A stretch of 64,000 nucleotides of DNA from an uncultured Campylobacter sp. (GTDB taxonomy: Bacteria; Campylobacterota; Campylobacteria; Campylobacterales; Campylobacteraceae). A model generated the notes under the pieces. That model saw only the letters and a program-made list of their open reading frames with translations, was not told where the DNA came from and ran no database searches. A program made the position numbers and the translations under genes. The stretch lies in NCBI GenBank assembly GCA_963515555.1, contig CAUPXB010000005.1, positions 29,032-93,031 of the forward strand, written 5' to 3'. Positions within the stretch are counted from its first letter, which is position 1; every line of letters starts with the position of its first letter. Below are positions 32,284-41,950 of this stretch, in pieces.

Positions 32284-33794
32284 CTTTTAAACTTCGATTT
32301 GATTTTATTTATCACGATTAGTTGTTCTCTTTTATCAAATATCAAAAACAGGCTCGCAGCGTAACCGAGCGCAAGTAAAACCGCTGAATACGCTGCAAAT
32401 TCGCCCCAGCTTGAAATTTGCACAAAATTTCGCAGCCAAAAAAACAGTCCGCAAACGGCTGCGAAAACGGCTAAATTTTTAAAATAAACGCCGTAAAAAG
32501 TAGTAAGCGGCAGGCTCAAATTTAACGCAGCGTTTATGAGGTCAAATCCCAAAATGCGCACCGAATAAAGCGCGGCGCCGACGGCCGTCATACCGTAAAT
32601 GCCGTAAGGAGTAAATTTAAGCACGGCAACCTGCGCCAAAATCGTGCCTGCGCCCAAAATAGTGTTTGCTATCGCAGGACGTTTTAGTTTATTTGTCGCA
32701 CTGTCGAGATTAAAAAGCGAAAAAACATAGCTGATAAATATAATCGGCACTAGAGTTATCATCGAAAGATTATAGATTAGGCTTATCTCGTCCGCGCTTT
32801 TAAACGGCAACCAAAGTGTGTAAAATTCGCGCCCGAAAGCCACGAAAATGGCCGCCGGTACGCTCATGACAAAAGCCGTAACTCGCATCGAAAATTTAGC
32901 CTCCGCAACAAGCGCGGTCAAATTTGATTTGGAGTAGTGCTCGACGAATTTGGGCGCAAATATCGCGCTAAGCTGCGCCACGAAGCTCTCTAAAATGATC
33001 GGAGCCGCCTTTGAAACGGCTAAAATTCCAGTCGCGTTTGCGCTTAAAAATATGTTACAGATAAACAGATCCATACCGCTCATAAGCACGCGGTTTAGGG
33101 CGTTAAAGCTATTATAAACGCCTGATTTTAGCAGCTCTTTTATCCTCGTAAAGTCAAATTCTCGCGGGTTAAATTTAAGCTCCGGAGTAATGCGGCGCGA
33201 AACCCAAACGCTAGTAAAAAAAACAAATAGCGACGCGACTAGAGCTGAGATCGCGATATATGCGATCATCGGTCTGAAAAAATAGAAAAGCGCCACGATG
33301 AGAACGGCCAAAATGGCGCTAGATGCGGCGTTGCGAACGGAGATGATGTAGAGCTTGTTTTTGATAAACATCGAGACGCTGATGACGCCGTTAAAAAGTC
33401 CGACGCAAAAATTTATAAAATAAAACGCAAAAGTAAGCCGCACGTCGCCTAGCAGCGCGTCGCTAACGTTTAGCACGCTTTGTAAATTTAAGATAAAAAT
33501 GCCCGCGCCAAGCAAAATAAGAACGCAAAAAAAGATATTTACGACTAGAACCGACGAGTAGTAGGCGTTTGCCGCGCGGGTACCCCCTCTATGCCACTCG
33601 TACGCGACGAAGCGGCCGCTAACCGAGTTTATCGCCGCGGTTACGACTAAAGCATAGGCCACTATAGCGTTTGACAGTCCGACAAAGCCGTAGGCTTCGT
33701 TGCCTAGGCTCTTTAGGATGTAGGGCGTGAGGAAAAAATTTATCCCCATCGAGACGATAAAAACGACGATGGAGCTGATCAAATTTACGAGCAT
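32280..33794 (-). CDS. Wzx/MOP-family oligosaccharide flippase
   Basis: About 14 TM helices; LTPYILKSLGNEAYG Wzx-like N-terminus; no ABC domain. Confidence 0.85.
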   Translation of the reverse strand: MLVNLISSIVVFIVSMGINFFLTPYILKSLGNEAYGFVGLSNAIVAYALVVTAAINSVSGRFVAYEWHRGGTRAANAYYSSVLVVNIFFCVLILLGAGIFILNLQSVLNVSDALLGDVRLTFAFYFINFCVGLFNGVISVSMFIKNKLYIISVRNAASSAILAVLIVALFYFFRPMIAYIAISALVASLFVFFTSVWVSRRITPELKFNPREFDFTRIKELLKSGVYNSFNALNRVLMSGMDLFICNIFLSANATGILAVSKAAPIILESFVAQLSAIFAPKFVEHYSKSNLTALVAEAKFSMRVTAFVMSVPAAIFVAFGREFYTLWLPFKSADEISLIYNLSMITLVPIIFISYVFSLFNLDSATNKLKRPAIANTILGAGTILAQVAVLKFTPYGIYGMTAVGAALYSVRILGFDLINAALNLSLPLTTFYGVYFKNLAVFAAVCGLFFWLRNFVQISSWGEFAAYSAVLLALGYAASLFLIFDKREQLIVINKIKSKFKR

Positions 33795-35026
33795 TACAGC
33801 CTTGCGTCGGCGTTTTCGTAAACATTTTTGATGTCGTAAACGAGCGCTTTGCTAAATTTCAACCCTTTAAATTTATCGTGAGCGACGGCGATCACGACGC
33901 AGTCGTAGTCCGCCTCGTCAAAGCTTTTTAGAGGCGTCAAACCGTATTCGCGCTTCACCTCGGTTTCGTCCGCCCACGGATCGTAGACGTCCACGCTGCA
34001 ACCAAAATCCCTAAGCTCCTCGATCACGTCTATCACGCGCGAGTTGCGGATATCCGGGCAGTTTTCCTTAAACGTAAGACCAAGCACCAAAACGCGAGCC
34101 GAATTTATCAAAACGCCCCTTTTTATCATTAGTTTTACGACCTGGTCGGCGGCGTATTTGCCCATATTATCATTGATGCGGCGTCCGGCTAGGATCATCT
34201 CGGGATGAAAGCCAAGCTCCTGCGCCTTATGCGTGAGGTAATAAGGATCCACGCCGATGCAGTGGCCGCCCACTAGCCCAGGACGGAAATTTAAGAAATT
34301 CCACTTCGTGCCCGCCGCCTGCAAAACGGCGTTCGTGTCGATGTTCATCTTGTTAAATATCATCGCAAGCTCGTTCATAAAGGCGATATTTATATCGCGC
34401 TGAGTGTTTTCGATGACCTTTGCGGCCTCGGCGACCTTGATAGTAGGCGCTTTGTGCGTGCCAGCCGTGATGATCGAGCGGTAGACCTCGTCGACCTTGT
34501 CGGCGATTTCCGGCGTCGAGCCGCTAGTGATTTTTTTGATTTTAGTTACGGTGTGCTCTTTATCGCCCGGATTTATGCGCTCCGGCGAGTATCCGCAGAA
34601 AAAGTCCTCGTTAAATTTAAGCCCGCTTTGCTCAAGTAGCGGCACGCAAATCTCCTCCGTGACGCCAGGATACACGGTGCTTTCATACACGACGATATCG
34701 CCCTTTTTTAGCACCTTTGCGACGCTTTGCGTGGCTTTTACCACTGGCGTTAGATCTGGACGTTTGTTTTTATCGATCGGCGTCGGGACGGTCACGATAA
34801 AGAAGTTGCAATCCTTTATATCGTCCAAATTTAGGCTAAATTTCATACTGTTTTCTATCGCTTTTTTCATCTGTTCGCCGCTAAGCTCCAGTGTGCGGTC
34901 ATATCCGCTTTTTAGCTCCTCGATGCGGGCAGCGTTTACGTCAAAGCCCGTGACTTCGTATTTCTCGCTAAACGCCGCCGCCAAAGGCAGCCCGACGTAT
35001 CCTAGTCCGATAACGGCTATTTTCAT
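33794..35026 (-). CDS. UDP-HexNAc 6-dehydrogenase (TviB/WbpO-like)
   Basis: [28 protein letters not shown] and [12 protein letters not shown] motifs. Confidence 0.9.
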   Translation of the reverse strand: MKIAVIGLGYVGLPLAAAFSEKYEVTGFDVNAARIEELKSGYDRTLELSGEQMKKAIENSMKFSLNLDDIKDCNFFIVTVPTPIDKNKRPDLTPVVKATQSVAKVLKKGDIVVYESTVYPGVTEEICVPLLEQSGLKFNEDFFCGYSPERINPGDKEHTVTKIKKITSGSTPEIADKVDEVYRSIITAGTHKAPTIKVAEAAKVIENTQRDINIAFMNELAMIFNKMNIDTNAVLQAAGTKWNFLNFRPGLVGGHCIGVDPYYLTHKAQELGFHPEMILAGRRINDNMGKYAADQVVKLMIKRGVLINSARVLVLGLTFKENCPDIRNSRVIDVIEELRDFGCSVDVYDPWADETEVKREYGLTPLKSFDEADYDCVVIAVAHDKFKGLKFSKALVYDIKNVYENADARL

Positions 35027-35469
35027 TTATTTTTCCTTTTTAATTTTTTTGGTTCTATCGTTTTTACGCGTTCATACATTCTTATTTCCGCGCCTACGCC
35101 TTGCGGAGTTATGATTTTAACGGGGCTAACGCCGGGTAAAATTTGAGTGAGCTCATAATAAACCCGCCTCTTTTTCTTTCTTCCGTCCTTGCAGAGCACC
35201 ATCGTCTGCGCTAGCTCGTCACCGCCGCTAAATTCGTAATAAATCCCGCTCGCATCCTCTTTTTCCTCGAGCTTTCCGCCGAGCAAAAAGGCAAAGTTGC
35301 AGTCGATTTGCATCTCTTTAAAAAACGTGACTTCGTATTTAAAATAATCAGGCGGCATCTTTGAGATAGGTAGCTCAAAAATATTTTCCTCGGTTTTTGC
35401 CGCATTTTCGCCAGCCAAAAGCGCAAATGGCAGCGCGCAAGCCGCGATAAAAAGTAAAATTTTCCTCAT
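35023..35469 (-). CDS. eco: Ecotin family serine protease inhibitor
   Basis: Signal peptide; the MQIDCN...LGGKLEEK...YY...QTMVLC pattern matches the ecotin disulfide and reactive loop. Confidence 0.8.
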   Translation of the reverse strand: MRKILLFIAACALPFALLAGENAAKTEENIFELPISKMPPDYFKYEVTFFKEMQIDCNFAFLLGGKLEEKEDASGIYYEFSGGDELAQTMVLCKDGRKKKRRVYYELTQILPGVSPVKIITPQGVGAEIRMYERVKTIEPKKLKRKNK

Positions 35470-36788
35470 GATTTCACTCCTATTTGGAAATACTTAAAGC
35501 CCAAATTTGCCAGATTTCTCGCGTCGTATTGATTGCGTCCGTCAAAGATCACGGCGTTTTTTAGCCGTTGTTTCATCTCTATAAAATCAGGCGACCTAAA
35601 CTCGCTCCACTCGGTAACAAGCGCGAGCGCGTCGGCGCCGTTTAGCGCGTCGTATTTGTTTGGGGCGAATTTTAAATTTGAGTTAGGTAGATATTTTTTA
35701 GCTTCGTTTGCGGCTTTTGGATCGTAGGCGACGACGTTTGCGCCGGCGTTTTCGAGTGCTTTTATGAGTACTAGCGAGCTAGCCTCGCGCATATCATCGG
35801 TATTTGGCTTAAACGCTAGCCCCCAAATCGCCACGGTTTTTCCGCTCAAATTTCCGCCGAAAAATGCTGAAATTTTTTCAAAAAGTACCGTTTTTTGCGC
35901 CGCATTTCTGGCCTCCACCGCGCTTAAAACCTGCGGTTCAAAGCCGTTTTGTCTGGCGGTGTAGATGAGCGCCTCGACATCCTTTGGAAAGCAGCTACCG
36001 CCGTATCCGCAGCCAGGATATATAAAGCTATAGCCGATGCGAGAGTCGCTGCCGATGCCTTTTCGCACCAAATTTACGTCCGCTCCCACGCGCTCGCAGA
36101 TACCTGCGATCTCGTTTATAAAGCTGATTTTAGTCGCTAGCATCGCGTTTGCGGCGTATTTGGTCATCTCGGCGGACTTTACGTCCATAGAGATAAATCT
36201 ATCGTGATTTTTCATAAAGGGCGCGTAAAGCTCGCGCATGACGCTTTGCCCCCACTCGCTGCTAGCGCCTACTACGACGCGATCGGGCTTTAAAAAGTCC
36301 TCGACCGCCGCGCCCTCTTTTAAAAACTCGGGGTTGGAGACGACCTCAAATTTGACGTCCAGGTTTCTCTTTTTTAGCTCGCCGGAGATCACCTCGCTAA
36401 CCTTTTCCGCCGTGCCCACGGGGACGGTTGATTTATCCACGACGATTAGCGGCGAGGTTAAATTTTGCCCGATGCTTTTTGCGACCTCTAGCACGTATCG
36501 CAGATCGGCCTGTCCGTCCGCGCCCATAGGCGTGCCCACCGCGATAAATAGCACTCTAGCGTGCGCCAAGGCTTCTTTTATATCGACGCTAAATTTGAGC
36601 GCGCCGTTTGCCCTGCACTCGGCCACGATCTCGCCAAGACCCGGCTCATAAATCGGTATGATGCCGTTATTTAGGGCGTTTATCTTGGCTTCGTCCACGT
36701 CCACGCATATGACGTCGTTGCCCATTTTAGCTAGGCACGCGCCGCTAACTAGCCCCACGTAGCCAGTGCCTACGACTGCGATCCTCAT
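35466..36788 (-). CDS. ugd: UDP-glucose 6-dehydrogenase
   Basis: GTGYVG, KSTVPVGT, NPEFLKEG and GYGGSCFPKD motifs. Confidence 0.93.
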   Translation of the reverse strand: MRIAVVGTGYVGLVSGACLAKMGNDVICVDVDEAKINALNNGIIPIYEPGLGEIVAECRANGALKFSVDIKEALAHARVLFIAVGTPMGADGQADLRYVLEVAKSIGQNLTSPLIVVDKSTVPVGTAEKVSEVISGELKKRNLDVKFEVVSNPEFLKEGAAVEDFLKPDRVVVGASSEWGQSVMRELYAPFMKNHDRFISMDVKSAEMTKYAANAMLATKISFINEIAGICERVGADVNLVRKGIGSDSRIGYSFIYPGCGYGGSCFPKDVEALIYTARQNGFEPQVLSAVEARNAAQKTVLFEKISAFFGGNLSGKTVAIWGLAFKPNTDDMREASSLVLIKALENAGANVVAYDPKAANEAKKYLPNSNLKFAPNKYDALNGADALALVTEWSEFRSPDFIEMKQRLKNAVIFDGRNQYDARNLANLGFKYFQIGVKS

Positions 36789-37771
36789 AGCCTTTTCTCC
36801 CACTCAAGCGCGGTTTTTATGATGAGCGATAAATCCTCTCTCTTAGGTCGCCAGTTAGTTAAATTTCTTATCTTTTCAGGCTTTGCGATGAGGCATGCAG
36901 GATCGCCATCTCTGCGAGGCGAGTTAATAACCTTAAAATCAATCCCGCTTACTTTTTTAGCCGTTTCTATAACCTCTTTTACGCTAAAGCCACGGCCGTA
37001 GCCGACGTTAAAGATTTCGCTTTTTTCATGCTCGTTTAGATACTCTAGCGCGCTTAGATGCGCGTCTGCTAGGTCGCTCACGTGGATGTAGTCTCTCACG
37101 CAGGTGCCGTCTGCGGTCGGATAGTCGCTACCGAAAATTCCCATGCTTTCGCGTTTACCTAGAGCCGTCTGTGTCGCGACTTTGATTAGGTGTGTGGCGT
37201 TTGGATAGTTTTGTCCGATGAGCCCCTCTTCGTCGGCGCCCGCAACGTTAAAGTACCGCAAAATCGCAAATTTGAAATTCTCATTTGAAGCGGCGTAGTC
37301 TTTGATGATCCACTCGCTCATTAGCTTGCTTCGGCCATACGGATTTATCGGATTTGCCGCGGTTTGCTCATCGACCTCTCCGATCTCTGGCTCGCCGTAA
37401 ACGGCTGCAGTGGAGCTAAATATAAATTTATTTACGCCGTACTCTTTGCAATAAGTCAAAATTTTAGCGACGTTTGCGGTGTTGTTTAGGTAGTATTTTA
37501 GCGGATCTTGCGTGCTTTCAAAAACCTCGATAAATGCGGCGAAATGGATAATCGCGTCAAATTTGCCCTCCGCAAAAATCCCGCTTAGATCATCTTCCAA
37601 ATTTGCCTTTACGAACTTAAATTTACCGATTTTCTCAAGCGCGTCAAGCGCCTTTGTAGTGCCTTTGCAGAGATTATCCACGACCGTTATCTCGTGTCCG
37701 CCTTGATTCAAAAGCGCCTTTAGCACGTGAGAGCCGATGTAGCCGGCTCCGCCTGTTATTAAAATTTTCAT
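36785..37771 (-). CDS. galE: UDP-glucose/UDP-GlcNAc 4-epimerase (GalE/Gne)
   Basis: TGGAGYIGSH, FSSTAAVYG, YGRSK, RYFNVAGA and RDYIHV motifs. Confidence 0.95.
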   Translation of the reverse strand: MKILITGGAGYIGSHVLKALLNQGGHEITVVDNLCKGTTKALDALEKIGKFKFVKANLEDDLSGIFAEGKFDAIIHFAAFIEVFESTQDPLKYYLNNTANVAKILTYCKEYGVNKFIFSSTAAVYGEPEIGEVDEQTAANPINPYGRSKLMSEWIIKDYAASNENFKFAILRYFNVAGADEEGLIGQNYPNATHLIKVATQTALGKRESMGIFGSDYPTADGTCVRDYIHVSDLADAHLSALEYLNEHEKSEIFNVGYGRGFSVKEVIETAKKVSGIDFKVINSPRRDGDPACLIAKPEKIRNLTNWRPKREDLSLIIKTALEWEKRL

Positions 37772-37801
37772 AAATTTACCTTTTGAAATTTAGATTTTCC
37801 G

Positions 37802-37810
37802 ATTTTATCA
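37802..37810 (-). promoter_or_regulatory. Extended -10 promoter upstream of galE
   Basis: TGATAAAAT on the minus strand about 30 bp upstream of the ATG. Confidence 0.5.
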
Positions 37811-37964
37811 TAAAAGATAAAAAGGTAAAATAAAAAATGAGGCACCGCCGAATCGCCGCGTCAAATTTAGCCGCTTTAGCCCGCGCCGAGAGCGAAATTT
37901 ATCAAATTTACGGCGCCCGACTCGTAAGGCAAGCGGTCAGCAAATTTATCCAAAACAGCCAAAT

Positions 37965-38876
37965 TTAATCCTCTCTAACCCGCAAAAATATCGGAAACCT
38001 CGGCACTCCTTTTGCGGTTAAATTTTGATATTTGTAGGTTATTATAGAGCCGATTTTAGGCGGGTTTGCGCGCTCTTCGTCGCTAAAGCCCGAGCCAATC
38101 TTAAATTTTACTCCACTAGCGATTTGCTCGTCCGTGTTTGAGCCCGCAGCGCTAAGCGCCTTGCATGTTACCGAGCCCATGAGTCCGGCGTATTTGCCCG
38201 TGCCCGCATTTATCGCCGTTACTTCGCACTCGGCGTCTTTAAATTTTTTATATTTCAGCGCATTTTTACTTCGTTTTCGCTCGTAGGGCGCGCTTGGCTC
38301 TCTCGCGACCGCACCCTCTCCGCCTTTTGCGACGATATGCTCAGCAAATGCCTCAAATTCGGCATTATCTTTTACTTTTACCTGCTTGATTATCTTTAAA
38401 TTTTGCCCGGCTTGCGGATTTTGCAAGATAAATTTTTCAAGCTCGCTAAGGCGCTCTAAAAGTCCGCCGCCGGCCCCAGGTACGTCAAAAACGTAAAATT
38501 TAATCTCGCTCCACGCCGTAACACTCGGCGTTTTGTCCATCACGATCGATTGGATTTTTTCAAATTCGCCCCGCGCCGTGTAAAGCTCGCCATCAAGCGC
38601 AAACGGCGGAAAATGCGCACTCCAAGCCTCTGGCGCGGCTAAAATTTTGCCGTTTCTAGATAGCAAATTTCGCCCATCCCAGTAGGCGCGTACGCCGTCA
38701 AGCTTCTCGCTAGCTAGCCAGCCGCCGACGTTTTGGCCTTTGTATTCGCTAAGTTTTAAAAGCTCAAATTTGGCTTTTTTAGCGGCATCTGTGCTAGCCG
38801 CGCTGCTTATATTTTCGCTCTGCGCCGCTAGAGCTAAATTTAAAAAGGCGGCGATCAAAAGCGCGAAAAATCTCAA
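37965..38876 (-). CDS. Minimal ATP-dependent DNA ligase with signal peptide (LigE type)
   Basis: Signal peptide; motif I EKLDGVR; LDGEL, FDVP, GEG, LKYK; OB domain FKIGSG...PRFP. Confidence 0.9.
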   Translation of the reverse strand: MRFFALLIAAFLNLALAAQSENISSAASTDAAKKAKFELLKLSEYKGQNVGGWLASEKLDGVRAYWDGRNLLSRNGKILAAPEAWSAHFPPFALDGELYTARGEFEKIQSIVMDKTPSVTAWSEIKFYVFDVPGAGGGLLERLSELEKFILQNPQAGQNLKIIKQVKVKDNAEFEAFAEHIVAKGGEGAVAREPSAPYERKRSKNALKYKKFKDAECEVTAINAGTGKYAGLMGSVTCKALSAAGSNTDEQIASGVKFKIGSGFSDEERANPPKIGSIITYKYQNLTAKGVPRFPIFLRVRED

Positions 38877-39931
38877 ATTTTAACCCCGTAAAACTCGCAG
38901 TACCACTCGATAAACCTAGCCACCCCGTCATTTACGCTAGTGTTTGGCTTGTAGTCAAAGTCTGCTACCAGATCGCCCACGTCCGCATAGGTCGCAGGCA
39001 CGTCGCCGGCTTGAAGCGGGAGGAAGTTTTTCTCTATCTCGCGGCCGATTTTTAGCTCGACGGCCTTGATGTAGTCCATGAGCTCGACGGGGCTATTATT
39101 GCCGATATTATAGACCTTAAACGGCGCGCTAGAGGTGGCGGGATCGGGATGCTTCGCGTCCCACGCGGGATTTGGTTTTGCCGGGTTGTCGATGCATTTT
39201 ATGATACCCTTTACGATGTCGTCCACGTAGGTAAAGTCGCGCTTCATCTTGCCGTAGTTAAAGACGTCGATTTTCCTGCCTTTTAGCGCGGCGTCGACAA
39301 ATAAAAACAGCGCCATATCAGGGCGTCCCCACGGACCGTAAACGGTGAAAAATCGCAGTCCCGTAGTCGGCACGCCAAAGAGATGCGAGTACGTGTGCGC
39401 CATCATTTCGTTGCTTTTTTTAGTCGCGGCGTAGAGGCTGATCGGGTGATTTACGCCCTCGTGCGTAGAAAACGGCATATTTTCGTTTAGGCCATAAACT
39501 GAGCTCGAGCTTGCATAGACTAGATTTTTAGTTTGGTTGTGGCGGCAGCACTCAAGGATGTTCATAAAGCCCGTAACGTTGCTGTCGATGTAGGCTTGCG
39601 GATTGATTAGCGAATATCTCACGCCCGCCTGCGCGGCCAAATTTACGACGCAGTCAAATTTCTCGCTCTCAAAAAGCTCTTTCATCGTCTCGCCGTCGGC
39701 TAGATCGGCTTTTATAAATTTTAAATTAGGCTGCGTTTTTGAGGTGGTAAGCTTGCCATAGTCTATCTCGCTCACGTCAAAACCGGCTGTTTTTAGGCGC
39801 GCGAACTTTAAATTTACGTCGTAGTAGTCGTTTATCACGTCGTATCCGACGACCTCGTCGCCTCTTTTTACGAGGGCATTTGCCAAATGAAATCCGATAA
39901 ATCCCGCCGTTCCGGTTACTAAAATTTTCAT
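38873..39931 (-). CDS. UDP-glucuronate 4-epimerase-like NAD-dependent epimerase (Uge/CapI)
   Basis: TGTAGFIG, LAAQAGVRYS, ASSSSVYG, YAATKK and RFFTVYGPWGRPDMA motifs. Confidence 0.9.
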   Translation of the reverse strand: MKILVTGTAGFIGFHLANALVKRGDEVVGYDVINDYYDVNLKFARLKTAGFDVSEIDYGKLTTSKTQPNLKFIKADLADGETMKELFESEKFDCVVNLAAQAGVRYSLINPQAYIDSNVTGFMNILECCRHNQTKNLVYASSSSVYGLNENMPFSTHEGVNHPISLYAATKKSNEMMAHTYSHLFGVPTTGLRFFTVYGPWGRPDMALFLFVDAALKGRKIDVFNYGKMKRDFTYVDDIVKGIIKCIDNPAKPNPAWDAKHPDPATSSAPFKVYNIGNNSPVELMDYIKAVELKIGREIEKNFLPLQAGDVPATYADVGDLVADFDYKPNTSVNDGVARFIEWYCEFYGVKI

Positions 39932-39982
39932 GTTTTTTCCTTTGTGATTTGACGCTATTTTAGCGTATTTTTGCGCCCGTTC

Positions 39983-40900
39983 TCACTGCTCGTCTAAATT
40001 TATCTCGGGCATATTTTCTTCGGTGTAGTATTCCTCTGCTCCGGCCTGTTCGCCCTCTTCATCAAGCTCCGGCTCATCCTCGTAGTTTTGCGTTTCAAGA
40101 CGCACGAGCTCGCGATCGACCGCCTCGCAAAACACCGGCGTATAGCCCATCTGCGCGCAGTTTGCCGCGAGCCACTCGCTCATCACCGAGATATCGTCCG
40201 CATAATCGTCCAGCGTCAAATTTCCACGCAAAAGCTCGTATTTTAGGAAAAGCCAGTATGTGTTTAGCACGTCGCTTTCGCAGTATTCGTTGATCTTGTC
40301 GATCTTGCCGTCAAAAAACAGCTCCATCACCTGATCGCCGTGCACGTCGTATTTGCCGGGCAAATTTAGGCTCGCACAGAGAGTATCTAGCTTTAGCCCG
40401 CGCACGGAGCCAAACTCGCTCACGTGATCGAGCAGATCAAAGTGAAATTTGCCGCTATATCGGTCGCGGTAGTTGCCATCCCATTTGCCTTTGCCAAGCT
40501 CCTTGTTTTCGACCTCATAAAAGCTCGGAAACGAGACGTTGTACCTCATCGCGCGCGTCAAAATCATCGGCAGATCAAAGCCCCGTCCGTTAAAGCTCAC
40601 CAGGCGCGGGTTGTGCGAGTTTACGAAGCCGATAAATTTATTTAGGATTTCGCGCTCGTTTGCCCCTTTCATCGTGCTTACGCGCAAAAATTTACCGTAC
40701 TCGTCCGCCATCACAGCTGAGATCGCCACGACGCGGTGAAACATCACGGGCAAAAACTCGCTTCCGCTTGCTGCTTTTTGCGCGGCAAACGCCTGCCTCG
40801 CCACCTCCGCATCGCTTCCCTCAAAGCCGTAAATTTTACGCAAAAGCGCGGTGTCTGGCACCGTTTCGCAGTCAAAAACGCAGATATAATTTTTAGCCAT
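39983..40900 (-). CDS. PolB-like 3'-5' exonuclease domain protein (WlaX/Cj1132c-like)
   Basis: DEDD motifs FDCET, FNGRGFDLP and YCESDV; acidic tail; divergent from waaC. Confidence 0.85.
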   Translation of the reverse strand: MAKNYICVFDCETVPDTALLRKIYGFEGSDAEVARQAFAAQKAASGSEFLPVMFHRVVAISAVMADEYGKFLRVSTMKGANEREILNKFIGFVNSHNPRLVSFNGRGFDLPMILTRAMRYNVSFPSFYEVENKELGKGKWDGNYRDRYSGKFHFDLLDHVSEFGSVRGLKLDTLCASLNLPGKYDVHGDQVMELFFDGKIDKINEYCESDVLNTYWLFLKYELLRGNLTLDDYADDISVMSEWLAANCAQMGYTPVFCEAVDRELVRLETQNYEDEPELDEEGEQAGAEEYYTEENMPEINLDEQ

Positions 40901-40963
40901 TTCAAACCTTTTTTAGCTATTTTTGCCTAAAATGATAGCTAAAAATCTTTATAAAAGCGGTAA

Positions 40964-41950
40964 ATGAGTAAAAATTTAAGCCCAAACATCGCCGTTATCA
41001 AGCTCTCCGCCCTGGGCGATATCGTCCATGCGGCGACCGTCTTGCAGTTTATCAAAAAGCACTTGCCGCAAGCCAAAATTACGTGGTTTGCCGACGCTAA
41101 ATTTAGCGAGATTTTGTTCCTTTGCCCGCAAATTTCGCGCGTCGTATCGCTACCGTTAAAAAACGGCGAATACAAAAAAAGTTTGGAGCTGATCGCCTCT
41201 GCTAAGCAAGAGGGCAAATTTGACTACGTCATCGACCTGCAAGGACTTCTCAAATCCGCCGTGGTTGCGAAGCTTCTTGGCAAAAATAGCTACGGATTTG
41301 ATAAATTTAGCGTCAAGGAACCGCTCGCGGCGCTGTTTTACGGGCATAAATTTAGCTGCGACTACGCCCAAAACATCATCTTGCGAAATTTAAAACTTAC
41401 GGCTTTTGCTTTGGGATTTAGCTTTAGCGAGGATGAAATTTTAGCCAAACAGCCTTGTTTTAGCGCCTCGCAAAGTAAATTTGAGAGCTCGAAAAAGAAA
41501 ATTTTGATAGCGCCCTTTGCTAGCGAGCCGAGTAAAATTTACGATAAATTTGGAGACGTTATCGCTCTGCTTGACGAGCCGCAAAATGAAATTTTCGTCT
41601 GCTTTAACGGCGAAAATGAGGAGAAAAAAGCCATAAATTTGATCAAAAACTCAAACGCAAAACCGCTAAGCTTAAGCCTAAAAGAGCTCGTAAACTTTAT
41701 CTCGTCCTGCGACCTTGTTATCGGCAACGATAGCGGCGTGACGCATATCGCCTGGGCGCAAAATCGCCCCTCTATCGCGCTTTTTGGCAACCGTCCCGCA
41801 GAGCGAAACGCCTTTGCTAGCCCCGTAAATTTAACGCTAGACGCGGGCAAAAAAATAGACGCGAAAAAGATAGATAAAAGCGACTTTTGCGTGCGAGATA
41901 TCGCGCCGCAGGCTATCGCAAATGCGGCAAAAAGGCTACTTGATGCGTGA
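40964..41950 (+). CDS. waaC: Heptosyltransferase I
   Basis: KLSALGDIVH, DLQGLLKSA and GNDSGVTH motifs. Confidence 0.92.
   Translation: MSKNLSPNIAVIKLSALGDIVHAATVLQFIKKHLPQAKITWFADAKFSEILFLCPQISRVVSLPLKNGEYKKSLELIASAKQEGKFDYVIDLQGLLKSAVVAKLLGKNSYGFDKFSVKEPLAALFYGHKFSCDYAQNIILRNLKLTAFALGFSFSEDEILAKQPCFSASQSKFESSKKKILIAPFASEPSKIYDKFGDVIALLDEPQNEIFVCFNGENEEKKAINLIKNSNAKPLSLSLKELVNFISSCDLVIGNDSGVTHIAWAQNRPSIALFGNRPAERNAFASPVNLTLDAGKKIDAKKIDKSDFCVRDIAPQAIANAAKRLLDA

Noticed and set aside
33216..33223. A8/T8 homopolymers (also about 13512, 17411 and 61703) as phase-variation tracts
   Set aside because: Short A/T runs are expected in this genome and the frames are intact. Campylobacter contingency loci are typically G/C tracts of 8 or more, and I saw none.
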